Shown here: in pieces, positions 8,916 to 18,626 of the stretch
How the letters are laid out: each line of letters starts with the position of its first letter
Position numbering within the stretch: position 1 is the stretch's first letter
Origin: a virus
Taxonomy: Duplodnaviria; Caudoviricetes
DNA length: 57,212 bases
Direction: 5' to 3' (one strand)
Virus record (IMG/VR): IMGVR_UViG_3300017706_002546
Span: 1 to 57,212 of that record
Notes under the pieces: generated by a model
Seen by the model: the letters and a program-made list of their open reading frames with translations, nothing else
Database searches by the model: none
What the model was told of the DNA's origin: nothing
Translations under genes and position numbers: made by a program

Positions 8916-10529
8916 CTAAAGGATCCACCTAAAGTCATTGTCTATTTTACTCTGATTTTTTGTATTTTTAATATCTGTGTTAAATAAATTTCTAGAGTCT
9001 CTGTTTTGTTTTGTGAGACTTGAATAGACACCTATCGGGTTAAAAACAGCACCAGGTGTGTCGTCGTATGTCTTTGAGCTGTGTGCCATTCCTTTTAACA
9101 TCTGATCGTTAAGGAGCTTTGATGTTTTACTATGATCTCCTGAAGCATCAAATAACCACGAACCGATTGCTAGGCTCATGACTAAGTCATCATTATATCC
9201 TCTTTTTGCTCCGGCTTTACCTGAAGATGAAACAGAAAAAACTTTAAGTTCTTCATAGAATCGTGAGGAATAAGAGAGTAATGTTTTATTTCGCAGTACC
9301 TCTTCAAGTTTTGCGAGAATTGTGCTTTTTGTTTTGCCGTTTGTATTAAAACCGACGTTATCAGCAGAGTTACTAGGTGTATAATTACCTATAAAAACAT
9401 CCTTTGACTTTTTTCTGTACATTCTGGGATAATCTAGATCTAAAAGCTTTAATATTGTTGCGTATCCGTAGCTGTTATTTTCAGGGCATATTAATGCCTT
9501 ATTGTACTTTTTACCATAGTGTGAGAGAAGTTCAGCAAATTTATCCGGTCTAATCTTTCCTTTATATTCTGCAACAACTTCAGACTCATCTACATCTATG
9601 ATGTGAAAAGTTGAATAGTCCTTAGCATCTCCTCTTGCTACGTCAGCAGAGATAATGTAACTATGAGAAGAAAGCGGGTGTTTCCAAATCCAGACGCACA
9701 TATCATTTCCTTCACGCATCAAAGGCTTTCTAACATTTTGTCTCACCCATTCGACTGTGTTGTCGTCAAGAAAAGACTCTCCTGACAGTGCAAAGTCACA
9801 CAAAAATTCTTGTGAGATTTGTCTTTTTGACATGTTTGACGTCATGTTGTCAAACCAAGCTTGATCATACTCAGGATTGTCAAACCACATAATCTTAATT
9901 GCGTTAAACTCGTTAAGTCCAGCTTCAGCGTCAGTATAAAGCTTATGATACTGTCCGCCTACACCGTTTGGAGTCGAAAGTATTATAGCCCTACCACCTG
10001 TTGACAAAGTCGGGTAAATACCTGTCCAGATAGTATCAAAATTTCTAACAAAAGCAGCTTCATCAACAATCAATAAAGAAAGAGCTTCTGAACGTCCAGC
10101 GTCTTCAGAAGTTGGAATTGCTTTGATTTGCGAGCCATGATCAAATACAATTTCTTGCTTATTATTTGAAACCATGTTAGGTAAAATAAGCCATTTTGGC
10201 AATGATCTAATCATTGACTTTACTTTGACAATAAAATTTTGTGCAACTTTAAGCTTTGTTGCAATAATCAATATACTTTGTTCTCTCTTAAATAGTGCTA
10301 ACCAAGTTGCGTAAGCAGCAGAAAGCGTTGACAAGCCTTGCTGTCGTGACTTAAGTACGATATTAAATCTGTTGCCTCGAAAGTCATTAATGCAATCTTT
10401 TTGAAAGTCATACATTTTAAACGGTATTAGACCACGTGTAGGATGCTGTATCTTGACATATGTTTCAAAAAAATAGTTTGGATCCTTTCCGCACTTGATT
10501 ATCTCTTGCACTTGAGCTCTTGAAGCCAT
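8916..10529 (-). CDS. terL: Terminase large subunit (gp17-like)
   Basis: Deviant Walker A KSRQQGLST, Walker B LLIVDEAAF, coupling motif STPNG, nuclease ADVARG and NDDLVMS; adjacent to portal. Confidence 0.94.
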   Translation of the reverse strand: MASRAQVQEIIKCGKDPNYFFETYVKIQHPTRGLIPFKMYDFQKDCINDFRGNRFNIVLKSRQQGLSTLSAAYATWLALFKREQSILIIATKLKVAQNFIVKVKSMIRSLPKWLILPNMVSNNKQEIVFDHGSQIKAIPTSEDAGRSEALSLLIVDEAAFVRNFDTIWTGIYPTLSTGGRAIILSTPNGVGGQYHKLYTDAEAGLNEFNAIKIMWFDNPEYDQAWFDNMTSNMSKRQISQEFLCDFALSGESFLDDNTVEWVRQNVRKPLMREGNDMCVWIWKHPLSSHSYIISADVARGDAKDYSTFHIIDVDESEVVAEYKGKIRPDKFAELLSHYGKKYNKALICPENNSYGYATILKLLDLDYPRMYRKKSKDVFIGNYTPSNSADNVGFNTNGKTKSTILAKLEEVLRNKTLLSYSSRFYEELKVFSVSSSGKAGAKRGYNDDLVMSLAIGSWLFDASGDHSKTSKLLNDQMLKGMAHSSKTYDDTPGAVFNPIGVYSSLTKQNRDSRNLFNTDIKNTKNQSKIDNDFRWIL

Positions 10530-11002
10530 TATGAAACCTCAAAATAAGCTCTTCTATAGATGTAAGCCTGACGTCTTTCTGAATATAAATTAAGATCTTG
10601 CACATCTGTCGATCTTTTATTTTTGTCTTCTTTTGTTTTTAAAGCTCTTCCAGCGTGCTCTTTCTTTTTAAAGTCTCCTTTAAGATCTTTCATGTATCTG
10701 TTAATATGCTGATTTAATTCATTTACGGTGTCGCTAATTACTTGATGTTGTTGTCCGTGCACTCCTAAATTGACAATGCAAAGTGACGTAACGCAAAGAG
10801 TTTCTCCTCCTAAACTAGCTTTTGTTACAACAGAGTTAACAGAACCTGGAGTTTTACAAGTCTTGTATCCTGCTGAGTAGCCTCCGTAGCTAGGGTTTCC
10901 GCCGTTTTCAACTGAATCGTATTCGGTTTGCATTGATGCTTTTCCAAAAGTATCATTAATTAAATTGCCTAGAATGTTTACTTCTTCAAAACTTAGTCCC
11001 AT
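10529..11002 (-). CDS. Hypothetical protein coupled to terL
   Basis: 157 aa; GAGGAG SD; TAATG overlap with terL. Confidence 0.7.
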   Translation of the reverse strand: MGLSFEEVNILGNLINDTFGKASMQTEYDSVENGGNPSYGGYSAGYKTCKTPGSVNSVVTKASLGGETLCVTSLCIVNLGVHGQQHQVISDTVNELNQHINRYMKDLKGDFKKKEHAGRALKTKEDKNKRSTDVQDLNLYSERRQAYIYRRAYFEVS

Positions 11003-11253
11003 TTTATCTCCTCTGAGTTTAGCTTTTGCTTTAATAATATATAATCACGTAATTTAGTTTTTTCAGGACGCCACCCATTTTTCCAATCTACTCTTCTAGA
11101 TTCAGCAAATGTTAAGTAGCAGTCGTAACAACAATCATATTCTTTGCTTTTTTCAAAATCTTTCTGGGATAGCAATGGATAGCTACACAAGTCGCAATAA
11201 AATTTTTCATTTAGACTTCCATTAACTATCTTAATTTCACGGATAATAGACAT
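10993..11253 (-). CDS. Small Cys-rich (probably Zn-binding) protein; start revised to 11253
   Basis: CDLC...CCYDC and WKNGWRP; ATG 11253 overlaps the end of the SbcDC gene. Confidence 0.65.
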   Translation of the reverse strand: MSIIREIKIVNGSLNEKFYCDLCSYPLLSQKDFEKSKEYDCCYDCYLTFAESRRVDWKNGWRPEKTKLRDYILLKQKLNSEEIKWD

Positions 11254-14200
11254 ATGAATCGACACCTTTTCTTTGTATATCAATCGTATTATCAACAATA
11301 TCTTTTATCTGGTCGATGTGAGATATTATCACAATATTTCTAAAGTATTTCTTTAACGATTGAAGTAGTTTACCACAAGATTCTAAGTTTGTTTCATCTA
11401 AAGCACCAAAACCTTCGTCAATCATAAGTATGTTTGTCTTAGGAAGAGTAGAGACATTAATTAGAGCGACTCTAATTGCCAAAGATGCCATCATCTTTTC
11501 CATGCCTGAACCTAACTCCACAATTCTTTTGCTATCCCCGTAATTAATGTATATATCCATCGCATTGCTTTCCAGATCTGCTTCTAGCTCAATTGTAAAA
11601 CCGACAATTCCTTTTAAGATTTTTGATATTTCTTTGTTGATATGAGGTAGCATTGAGTGGATTATTTGAACAGGTATTCCTCTACTTGAAGTTGCCTGTA
11701 TAAATAAATCATATATTTTCAAGTCTTTACTTAATATTTGATATTCTTTCTTTTGGCTAATCAAGATACCTAATTCAGCTTTAACTTTTGCTAAAGCTGT
11801 AATTAACTTTGTTTGTTCTTCGTTTAAGTGCTTAATTTCTCTCTTGATCTTGTCGACACGACTTTCAAGAATTTTGTACGTATCAGACTTGTCTTGATTT
11901 TCATAAAGTGCTAATAAAGACTCGTACTTTTCTTTTAAGTTAGGAAGTTTTTGCCTATTATTTTCTATATCTTTCTCACAAGAGTTAATTCTGACTTTAC
12001 TCTCAGAAATTTCATTAACCATCTGGGATCTTTTTATTACAACTGTGTTGTATTTCTCAATTTGCTCTTCGTAATCTACCTTGTTTAATTTTCTAAAAGC
12101 TACTTGTAGATCATCGATTTTTACTCTAAGCGAGTGTATTTTATCCTGCTGTTTTTCTAAATTTAGCTTGTTTTTGTGAGAGTTTTTTATAAACTTGCAT
12201 TTCGGAAATTTATCTCCACAAGGAACTTCGCTTAAGATACTAACTGACTTTTTAATTGTGTTAAGTTTGGAATTTTCTATTTTTAAATCAGACTTAAAAC
12301 CAATAATAATTCTTTCAATTTCTTTAACAGCATCTCTTTTTTCTTTAATGTCGTCCAAATTGAAACTATCAATAAAAGTCTCAATCTTTTGTAATTTTTG
12401 ATTTTTGTCAAATATCTCTTCATTTATTTTTTCAAGACTTAAAACGCTATTTTTAATTAGATTGCTAACACTTTTGTATTTTTCTCTTGACGTACTAAGA
12501 TCTGACTTAGTGACGTGGTCAATGTTTGTATTTTGGTGCAAATTTTTGACAGCTTCTTCATATAGTTTCCTTAAGCGAATCTCTTCTTTTTTATTACCAT
12601 CAATCTTTTCCTGGTTAGACTGTTCTTTATTCTTTGAATTTGATATTTCTTTATCCCAGTCGAGCTTTTTAAATGTTCCTATTTTTGACTTTAGCGTACT
12701 TGACTCTTTTTTTGCGTACTCATTAAGTTTGTCAAATACAGTCAAATCTAAAAAGTTAGATAAGATATTTTTTCTTGAAGTTGCTTTCTCTTTAATAAAC
12801 GTATTCATTTCGCCTTGTGAAGCTAAGCTTGTCATCATAAAAGATTCAACGTCGCCCAGTTTAGAGCGTATTATTTTTTCTGTTTCTCGTCTTTGTTCAT
12901 CTGTCAAATCTTCAATAACTTCTCCAGACTTATTAAGCTTGTAAAACTTAAGCGTTGTTGGAGCCCAAATTCCTTTCTTTGTTTGTTTTTTCACTGTCTG
13001 GCGAAATATTCTATACGGAACACCGTTTATAGTAATGTCAATTTCTGCCTTACAATTGTTGCGCCTTGTATTTACTATATGGAGGTTTTTAATACTACCC
13101 CTATCTGACGTATTAAAGAGCGAGTATGCAATTGTTCCAATTATTGATGATTTTCCTCTTGCATTTTGACCAAAAATTCCAGTAATCCCAGGTAAGTTTT
13201 CAAAATTTACCAAATTGTCTTCCCTGTAAGAAAAAGTATTTGAAAACTTGATTTTATTAATTGACCATTTTACATTTCTAACGTCATGATCTTTGTCTGT
13301 AATTTCTGACAGTGATCGATCAATCAATTCTTTGATTTGTGTTTTTTCTTCTTTTAACAATCCCTGGTTTTTGTAATAGTCATTAATTAATTCGTAATGT
13401 TTAGCTGGGTCTCTTAAATCAAGCTCGTTCTGAATTGACTCAGTTTTAAGAGTCTCAGATGAAAATTTAGATTCAATTTTAAACACAACTTCTGAAGCTA
13501 ATTTTTGCTTTTGGAGTATTTTCTGTATTTGTTTCGAATCTGCTTGACTTATATAGTTATCTGCTCTAATTCTAAATTTTGAGAGATTTGGGTATTCTTT
13601 GCATTTTGCAACTGTTTTTTTAACAGAGCCTTGCCAGTCGATTGTTACAAACGGATATGCATTTTTGACTGAATGAAAAGATACATCAAAATTATTTTTT
13701 GAACGAATGTCCCAAAACAAAAAACCTTTTTCACCATCTTCTCCAAAGTTTTGCTGAATTGTACTACCTGAGTATGCAATTGTTTTTTTCTCGTTTAAAA
13801 ACTGCATTTTATGAATATCACCTAACATTGCAAAATCATATGACTTAAATAAGTCAATATTATCTTCACCTTCTAGCTGCCAATCAACGTCAGTTAAACT
13901 ACCTCTAATAGCTCCGTGATAAAGACCAATGCTAATGTTTTTAGCATTTGGTTTTGCTTTAAACCAATTTTCTTCATCAAAGCAAGAAAGGACACACCAC
14001 TCAAAACCTGGCGCAAATTCGTAAGTACCTGACTTTTTATATAGAAAAATATTTGGGTTGTTTAAAGCGTTTATTATTGGTGTAATTGCATCTTGTCTGT
14101 CTTTATTTAGTATTAAACCGTCGTGGTTACCGAGAATGACGTGGGTTGGTGCTATTTTTGCTAACTCATTAAACCACCAACATAGACATTGAATTAACTC

Positions 14201-14365
14201 TGGCGATATTCCTTGGGTTTTAGAATGGACAATATCGCCACCTAAATAAATAATATCAGGCTGCAACCTTGTTGCTTTTTCAAACATATCTTTAAAAGCC
14301 AAAATATATTCTTCGTGGCGAGACAAACCTCTCCAATGAATATCGGCAATGTGCAATATTTTCAT
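11237..14365 (-). CDS. Fused SbcD(Mre11/gp47)-SbcC(Rad50/gp46) nuclease-ATPase
   Basis: Metallophosphoesterase motifs ADIH, GGD, GNHD, YHG and GDIH; Walker A GQNARGKSS; long coiled coil with central Cys pair; Walker B/D-loop IDEGFGALD; H-loop IISH. Confidence 0.92.
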   Translation of the reverse strand: MKILHIADIHWRGLSRHEEYILAFKDMFEKATRLQPDIIYLGGDIVHSKTQGISPELIQCLCWWFNELAKIAPTHVILGNHDGLILNKDRQDAITPIINALNNPNIFLYKKSGTYEFAPGFEWCVLSCFDEENWFKAKPNAKNISIGLYHGAIRGSLTDVDWQLEGEDNIDLFKSYDFAMLGDIHKMQFLNEKKTIAYSGSTIQQNFGEDGEKGFLFWDIRSKNNFDVSFHSVKNAYPFVTIDWQGSVKKTVAKCKEYPNLSKFRIRADNYISQADSKQIQKILQKQKLASEVVFKIESKFSSETLKTESIQNELDLRDPAKHYELINDYYKNQGLLKEEKTQIKELIDRSLSEITDKDHDVRNVKWSINKIKFSNTFSYREDNLVNFENLPGITGIFGQNARGKSSIIGTIAYSLFNTSDRGSIKNLHIVNTRRNNCKAEIDITINGVPYRIFRQTVKKQTKKGIWAPTTLKFYKLNKSGEVIEDLTDEQRRETEKIIRSKLGDVESFMMTSLASQGEMNTFIKEKATSRKNILSNFLDLTVFDKLNEYAKKESSTLKSKIGTFKKLDWDKEISNSKNKEQSNQEKIDGNKKEEIRLRKLYEEAVKNLHQNTNIDHVTKSDLSTSREKYKSVSNLIKNSVLSLEKINEEIFDKNQKLQKIETFIDSFNLDDIKEKRDAVKEIERIIIGFKSDLKIENSKLNTIKKSVSILSEVPCGDKFPKCKFIKNSHKNKLNLEKQQDKIHSLRVKIDDLQVAFRKLNKVDYEEQIEKYNTVVIKRSQMVNEISESKVRINSCEKDIENNRQKLPNLKEKYESLLALYENQDKSDTYKILESRVDKIKREIKHLNEEQTKLITALAKVKAELGILISQKKEYQILSKDLKIYDLFIQATSSRGIPVQIIHSMLPHINKEISKILKGIVGFTIELEADLESNAMDIYINYGDSKRIVELGSGMEKMMASLAIRVALINVSTLPKTNILMIDEGFGALDETNLESCGKLLQSLKKYFRNIVIISHIDQIKDIVDNTIDIQRKGVDSYVYYP

Positions 14366-14375
14366 ATGATTTCCT

Positions 14376-15695
14376 TTATTTTAAGCTCATTTCTACAACT
14401 GAGTCGTGTTTATCAGGAGTAAAAGCAAGTTTCCTACCAGGACATAATACCCAGCATCTTTTAGTTTTACAAAGTGGAGGCTTAGGAGCTTCACCATCTG
14501 TGAATATAATGTAACCATCGTAATCAGCTTTGATTTTTCTATGAAATAGTTCAACTGACTCAAAACTAGTCCCACCCGATCTTGTTCTATATGGCTTACT
14601 TATTTTCTTGTTTCTTTTCCAAATATATTTGGATTTATCATCAACAGTTGTGTCAAAATGAAATATTGTGAATGTTGTTCTTTTTGCTAAGTCATTGAGT
14701 GTACTGAAAAAGAGCATAAGTTCAGCATTAGAAACAGATCCACTTTGATCGATATACACAGCAATATTTGAAGTTCTGCCAATCTTTCTACCTGGATGGA
14801 TATACGGGTATTTCCTATTAATCTTTTTAAATGTTCTGCTTTTATTGGCTCTTTGTTTTGTTCCGCAAAAGTAGCGCAATACTGTTTTCCAGTTAACTGT
14901 TTTTATTATTGACGACTTAAGTTTTTCTCTTGTTGGGCTAGAACAATTGCCCCAACCTCTATTCTCTTCAGCACGCTTTACAGCTTCTTCTAGTATTTCA
15001 TTGATTTTTGCGTTAACATAGTCTTCATCACCTTCTGTCAAATCGTCATCAAAGTGATGATCGAATCCGATTCCACCTTTGCCTTGGCAGGTTCCTTCTC
15101 CACCTTCTTTACACTCTCCAGACATTTCGCTTGGCGACGGAGACATTAATTCATTAATAGCATCAACTATATCATCGTTCTGTCTCAGTTGTTCCATATA
15201 CCATTCGGAAGTTTTATCACGAGGTAAAGAGGCAATAAAGTCAGAAAGCTTTTTTCTTTTTTCTTTAAACTCTTCAGGTAGAGATGCTGTCGCTTCTGTC
15301 TCTTTAAAAGCCTCACCTGGGATAAGCCCACCATCAGGTAGCTCTTTTTTAGGAATTGTGCTGTTAATTGCTAAATCAGTTGCTATATTCCAAACCAAAT
15401 GAGGGGTTTGTTTTCTAGACGAAATATGTTTATAAATAATATGATAACACTCATGCTTGAGCAATCCAAAAATTTGTAAAGTTGTTAGTGTTGCCAAAAA
15501 GTCTGGATTGTAATAGAGGACAATACTGCTGCCATCAAACCCAACGCCTGCTGTGGGTATTGAATTTGTTTCTACTTTTCGAAGAGACCTAATTATATCA
15601 GCAAAAAACGGTTCAACAAAAAGAAACTTAAAGAGAACTTCATCAAATTTTTCTTTGCTATAGCTATAAACTTTAAATTCTGTCATTAATTTCAC
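14376..15695 (-). CDS. HExxH metallopeptidase-like plus vWA domain protein (DUF2201 type)
   Basis: HECYH, WNIATDLAIN, MIDAS DQSGS, GGT and FTDG. Confidence 0.88.
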   Translation of the reverse strand: MKLMTEFKVYSYSKEKFDEVLFKFLFVEPFFADIIRSLRKVETNSIPTAGVGFDGSSIVLYYNPDFLATLTTLQIFGLLKHECYHIIYKHISSRKQTPHLVWNIATDLAINSTIPKKELPDGGLIPGEAFKETEATASLPEEFKEKRKKLSDFIASLPRDKTSEWYMEQLRQNDDIVDAINELMSPSPSEMSGECKEGGEGTCQGKGGIGFDHHFDDDLTEGDEDYVNAKINEILEEAVKRAEENRGWGNCSSPTREKLKSSIIKTVNWKTVLRYFCGTKQRANKSRTFKKINRKYPYIHPGRKIGRTSNIAVYIDQSGSVSNAELMLFFSTLNDLAKRTTFTIFHFDTTVDDKSKYIWKRNKKISKPYRTRSGGTSFESVELFHRKIKADYDGYIIFTDGEAPKPPLCKTKRCWVLCPGRKLAFTPDKHDSVVEMSLK

Positions 15696-16753
15696 CCATT
15701 GATAGTTGCGTTAACTTTTAATTGAACTTTTTTACCGATTAACTTATGAAAGAACCTAATATTGTCAACATGCTTTGTGTCTAGTATTAGATACATAAAG
15801 TTGACTAGCATTTCATCTGAGCATTTCTCAGCAAGCTTACAAGCTCTTTGAACCTGGTGAAATTCTAAGTCTTTCTTTTTTGCTAATGTTGCAATTTGCT
15901 TGAACAAGCTATTTTTTTTATCGTTAGATAGATTATCGATTAGCTTAGTAATTAAGCTCTCCTTACTGTACTTATCTAAAACGTCAGTTGCTGAAAAGCT
16001 TGTGTTGTAGTCTTTAAGAAAACTGGCAAAAGCAGTTGCTGTTGCCTCGCCAATAAAGCCTTTTGCAACAGAGAGGAGCAAAGAGTTATAATTGTCGCCA
16101 AGCATATTCATTGGTTTCATATTTGCATATGACAAACTCTGAGAAAGCCTGTGCCACGAAGCAGGATTAGGATAGACAACCCCTGGCGCAAACTCACCTG
16201 TGTGTCGAAGATGAGCAGGAAAACGCTCAATATACTCTATCAGTACATCATCAATTTCTTCTGATTTATGAGCCCATGCTAACCAATCAGAAGTCGTCGG
16301 ATTTAGATCCGACACATAAAATCTTCTAAGTAGAGCCGGATCCATTTCAGTAACTTGATAATCTGATCCTTCATTGACTGCTACATAAACTCGTGTTTCA
16401 GGGTGGAGGTGATTTCCATTTAACTCTCTATCCAAAACTAGCTGAAAAGCACATTGCTGAACTTCAACTGTTGCTCTATTTAACTCATCTAAAAATAAAA
16501 CAACAGGTTCGTTGCATGCACGAACAATCCAATCAACTGGAGCGAATCTTGTCACACTATCTATCAACTCTGGTAAACCAACAATATCACCTTCTGTCAT
16601 ATATGCGAGGCGCTTATCAAGAACTGGGTAGTTAAGTTTTTTAGCAATTTGGTGAACAATATGAGACTTACCAATTCCAGTAGGCCCTTTTGCAAGGACT
16701 GCGATATGAGGTGGTAAAGAAGATACCACATTGATGAATGTTTTAATATCCAT
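15692..16753 (-). CDS. MoxR-like AAA+ ATPase
   Basis: Walker A GPTGIGKS, Walker B LFLDELNR, MDPALLRRF; ATGA-coupled to the vWA gene. Confidence 0.9.
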   Translation of the reverse strand: MDIKTFINVVSSLPPHIAVLAKGPTGIGKSHIVHQIAKKLNYPVLDKRLAYMTEGDIVGLPELIDSVTRFAPVDWIVRACNEPVVLFLDELNRATVEVQQCAFQLVLDRELNGNHLHPETRVYVAVNEGSDYQVTEMDPALLRRFYVSDLNPTTSDWLAWAHKSEEIDDVLIEYIERFPAHLRHTGEFAPGVVYPNPASWHRLSQSLSYANMKPMNMLGDNYNSLLLSVAKGFIGEATATAFASFLKDYNTSFSATDVLDKYSKESLITKLIDNLSNDKKNSLFKQIATLAKKKDLEFHQVQRACKLAEKCSDEMLVNFMYLILDTKHVDNIRFFHKLIGKKVQLKVNATING

Positions 16754-16782
16754 TAATTTTCCTTTGTTTAATGTTTAAGTTT

Positions 16783-16811
16783 ATTATAATATCATGCTTT
16801 AGTGTTTACAT
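16783..16811 (-). promoter_or_regulatory. Sigma70-like early promoter for the AAA-vWA-SbcDC unit
   Basis: ATGTAA-N17-TATAAT on the minus strand. Confidence 0.65.
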
Positions 16812-16812
16812 T

Positions 16813-17286
16813 TTAACTAATTTTTTTAATACTCTTTGTGTGGTACCAGTTTCTTCCAGAAGAAGAAACGATTAAAGACTGATGACCATTCATATCTGAT
16901 CCGCACTCTTCAACTTGTAAAACGATACCAAACTTTTCTTCTGGTCCGTGACTAAATGAGACTAAGTCACCGCACTCTACATTCCAACTAATCTTTGACT
17001 TTTTTACTGATGACAAATTTGCAGATCTCTTAATTTGCTTTTTTGTTACTTTCGTCTTCTTATTACTATGATGTTCAATCATTGCTGGCGTTATATCTTT
17101 TGGTTTAAAACCCTTGCTTATAAGAGATTTAACAACTTCGCTACTCATATCAATATTAGGGTTATTAAAATCTTCTGCTATCTCTTCAGTATTTTTTTCT
17201 TTAAGCTTTTCAACTTCTCTATCATGCTTGAATTTTCGAGCACTTTGCTTAGCTGCTTTAAGAGCTGTTTTTGATAGCTTTTTCAT
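16813..17286 (-). CDS. Basic hypothetical protein with a possible C-terminal KOW/SH3-like domain
   Basis: GAGGT SD before ATG 17286 (alternative start 17298); C-terminal VECGDLVSF..KFGIVLQV. Confidence 0.65.
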   Translation of the reverse strand: MKKLSKTALKAAKQSARKFKHDREVEKLKEKNTEEIAEDFNNPNIDMSSEVVKSLISKGFKPKDITPAMIEHHSNKKTKVTKKQIKRSANLSSVKKSKISWNVECGDLVSFSHGPEEKFGIVLQVEECGSDMNGHQSLIVSSSGRNWYHTKSIKKIS

Positions 17287-17314
17287 TATTAACCTCATGT
17301 TTGTTTATGTTTTT

Positions 17315-17343
17315 ATTATAACATGTAATAAACAATATTGCAT
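17315..17343 (-). promoter_or_regulatory. Sigma70-like early promoter
   Basis: ATGCAA-N17-TATAAT with a TGn extension. Confidence 0.6.
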
Positions 17344-18626
17344 TAAATGAACTTTTTAATTTTTTTAAAGTTTGTATCCATCAAACTAGTTAAATTTGTG
17401 ATATAATCTTCACCTATCATATCATTTGTTTCTTTAAAATTAAAATCAAAATCTGATAATAACATTACCCTGCCTGATCTTCCATTTCCATCACAAAAAG
17501 GGTGAATCAATTCATAAACAACGTGTTTACTCCATGGATCTAGATTTAAATTAAAGAAGTTTTTAAGGTTGTCATATATCTCATACGGTTCAGAGTAAGG
17601 TACACCATTAGGTGAATTGTGTGCGTAGTTTCTGATTTCACCTGGGTTGCCTTTGTCCAAGCATCCGGCCATAAAACTATGAATAAACTTAGCTTTGTGT
17701 GGGTTGTCAATTTTACCACACTTAAAGCATGCAACCATACAGTCTACCTGGGATCGTAAATGATTGTTTTTTGTCATGTATTCAGTAGGATATCCTGACA
17801 TCAACATCCTAGCTGATTCTTTGCAATCATCGTATCTGACTTTGTTTTTCTCTATGCCGTTAGTCCTGTATAGAAAATCAGACATGTCTGTTATTAAGTT
17901 TTCAACTGGATCATTATCATATATCTCTTGCGCTTTTTCTAAGCAGTGCTTAGAAAATAATTTGTAGTCTTTGTTCTTAAGGCTTTTGCTAAAATTAGTT
18001 TTATCCTCTTTTAAAAACGAAGAAGCTAGTGATTCACCGACTAGCCTGCCATATTGCACATCTGTTGGATAATGAACAGCATTTTCTATTCGAGATTGCC
18101 CAATAAGCGAAGCTAGTGTTTGCAAGTCTTGCTGTATTTCCGGAACATGATGTGATACAATATCGCACAAAAAGTAAGCAATTGCGGTGTGACCTGACGG
18201 GTAGCTTGACGATTTTTTATATTTTACATCTAATTCATGACGATTATCTATATGCTCAATTGGTCGCAATCTACCATTTTTAATTTTAAGTTTTAGAACA
18301 ATATTGTCAACATCCTTTAGTATATCTTCAATCTTTTTCCAGTCAATCTTTGTTATATTCTCTTGTTTGCAGTAATCTTTAAAAACACTTTCTACTGATT
18401 TGTCACTATCTCTGAGAAATGAAGTGGACAAACATGGCTGGTAATGACATCTTTCAACCTCAGACATGTCTTCATCAAATTCTTTGCTGCCTTCTCTGGG
18501 GTAATCCATGTGAGGAATTGTGTCAAATACGTTTTCGTCAAAGTATCTTAATCTTCTACTTAGGCGATCGTCATACTTACCTTTTTCACCCTTTGTTTCT
18601 TTAAATAGACATAAAATCGATTTCAT
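17343..18626 (-). CDS. PAP2-family phosphatase / Fic-domain fusion protein
   Basis: PAP2 motifs KIKNGRLRP (Kx6RP), PSGH and SRIENAVHYPTD (SRx5Hx3D); Fic motif HPFCDGNGRSGR; TAATG-coupled start at 18626. Confidence 0.88.
   Translation of the reverse strand: MKSILCLFKETKGEKGKYDDRLSRRLRYFDENVFDTIPHMDYPREGSKEFDEDMSEVERCHYQPCLSTSFLRDSDKSVESVFKDYCKQENITKIDWKKIEDILKDVDNIVLKLKIKNGRLRPIEHIDNRHELDVKYKKSSSYPSGHTAIAYFLCDIVSHHVPEIQQDLQTLASLIGQSRIENAVHYPTDVQYGRLVGESLASSFLKEDKTNFSKSLKNKDYKLFSKHCLEKAQEIYDNDPVENLITDMSDFLYRTNGIEKNKVRYDDCKESARMLMSGYPTEYMTKNNHLRSQVDCMVACFKCGKIDNPHKAKFIHSFMAGCLDKGNPGEIRNYAHNSPNGVPYSEPYEIYDNLKNFFNLNLDPWSKHVVYELIHPFCDGNGRSGRVMLLSDFDFNFKETNDMIGEDYITNLTSLMDTNFKKIKKFI

Noticed and set aside
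6879-10529. Intein or intron in terminase or portal
   Set aside because: TerL has normal length with contiguous motifs; the extra portal length is a C-terminal low-complexity tail with no splicing or homing-endonuclease motifs
8916-10529. Inactive terminase because Walker A lacks GKT
   Set aside because: KSRQxGxS/T is a known deviant terminase Walker A with the Lys shifted N-terminally
12195-13108. Plus-strand ORFs of 68-179 aa
   Set aside because: Antisense shadows of SbcDC, Ser/Phe/Leu-rich as expected from the reverse complement of Lys/Glu codons; no motifs
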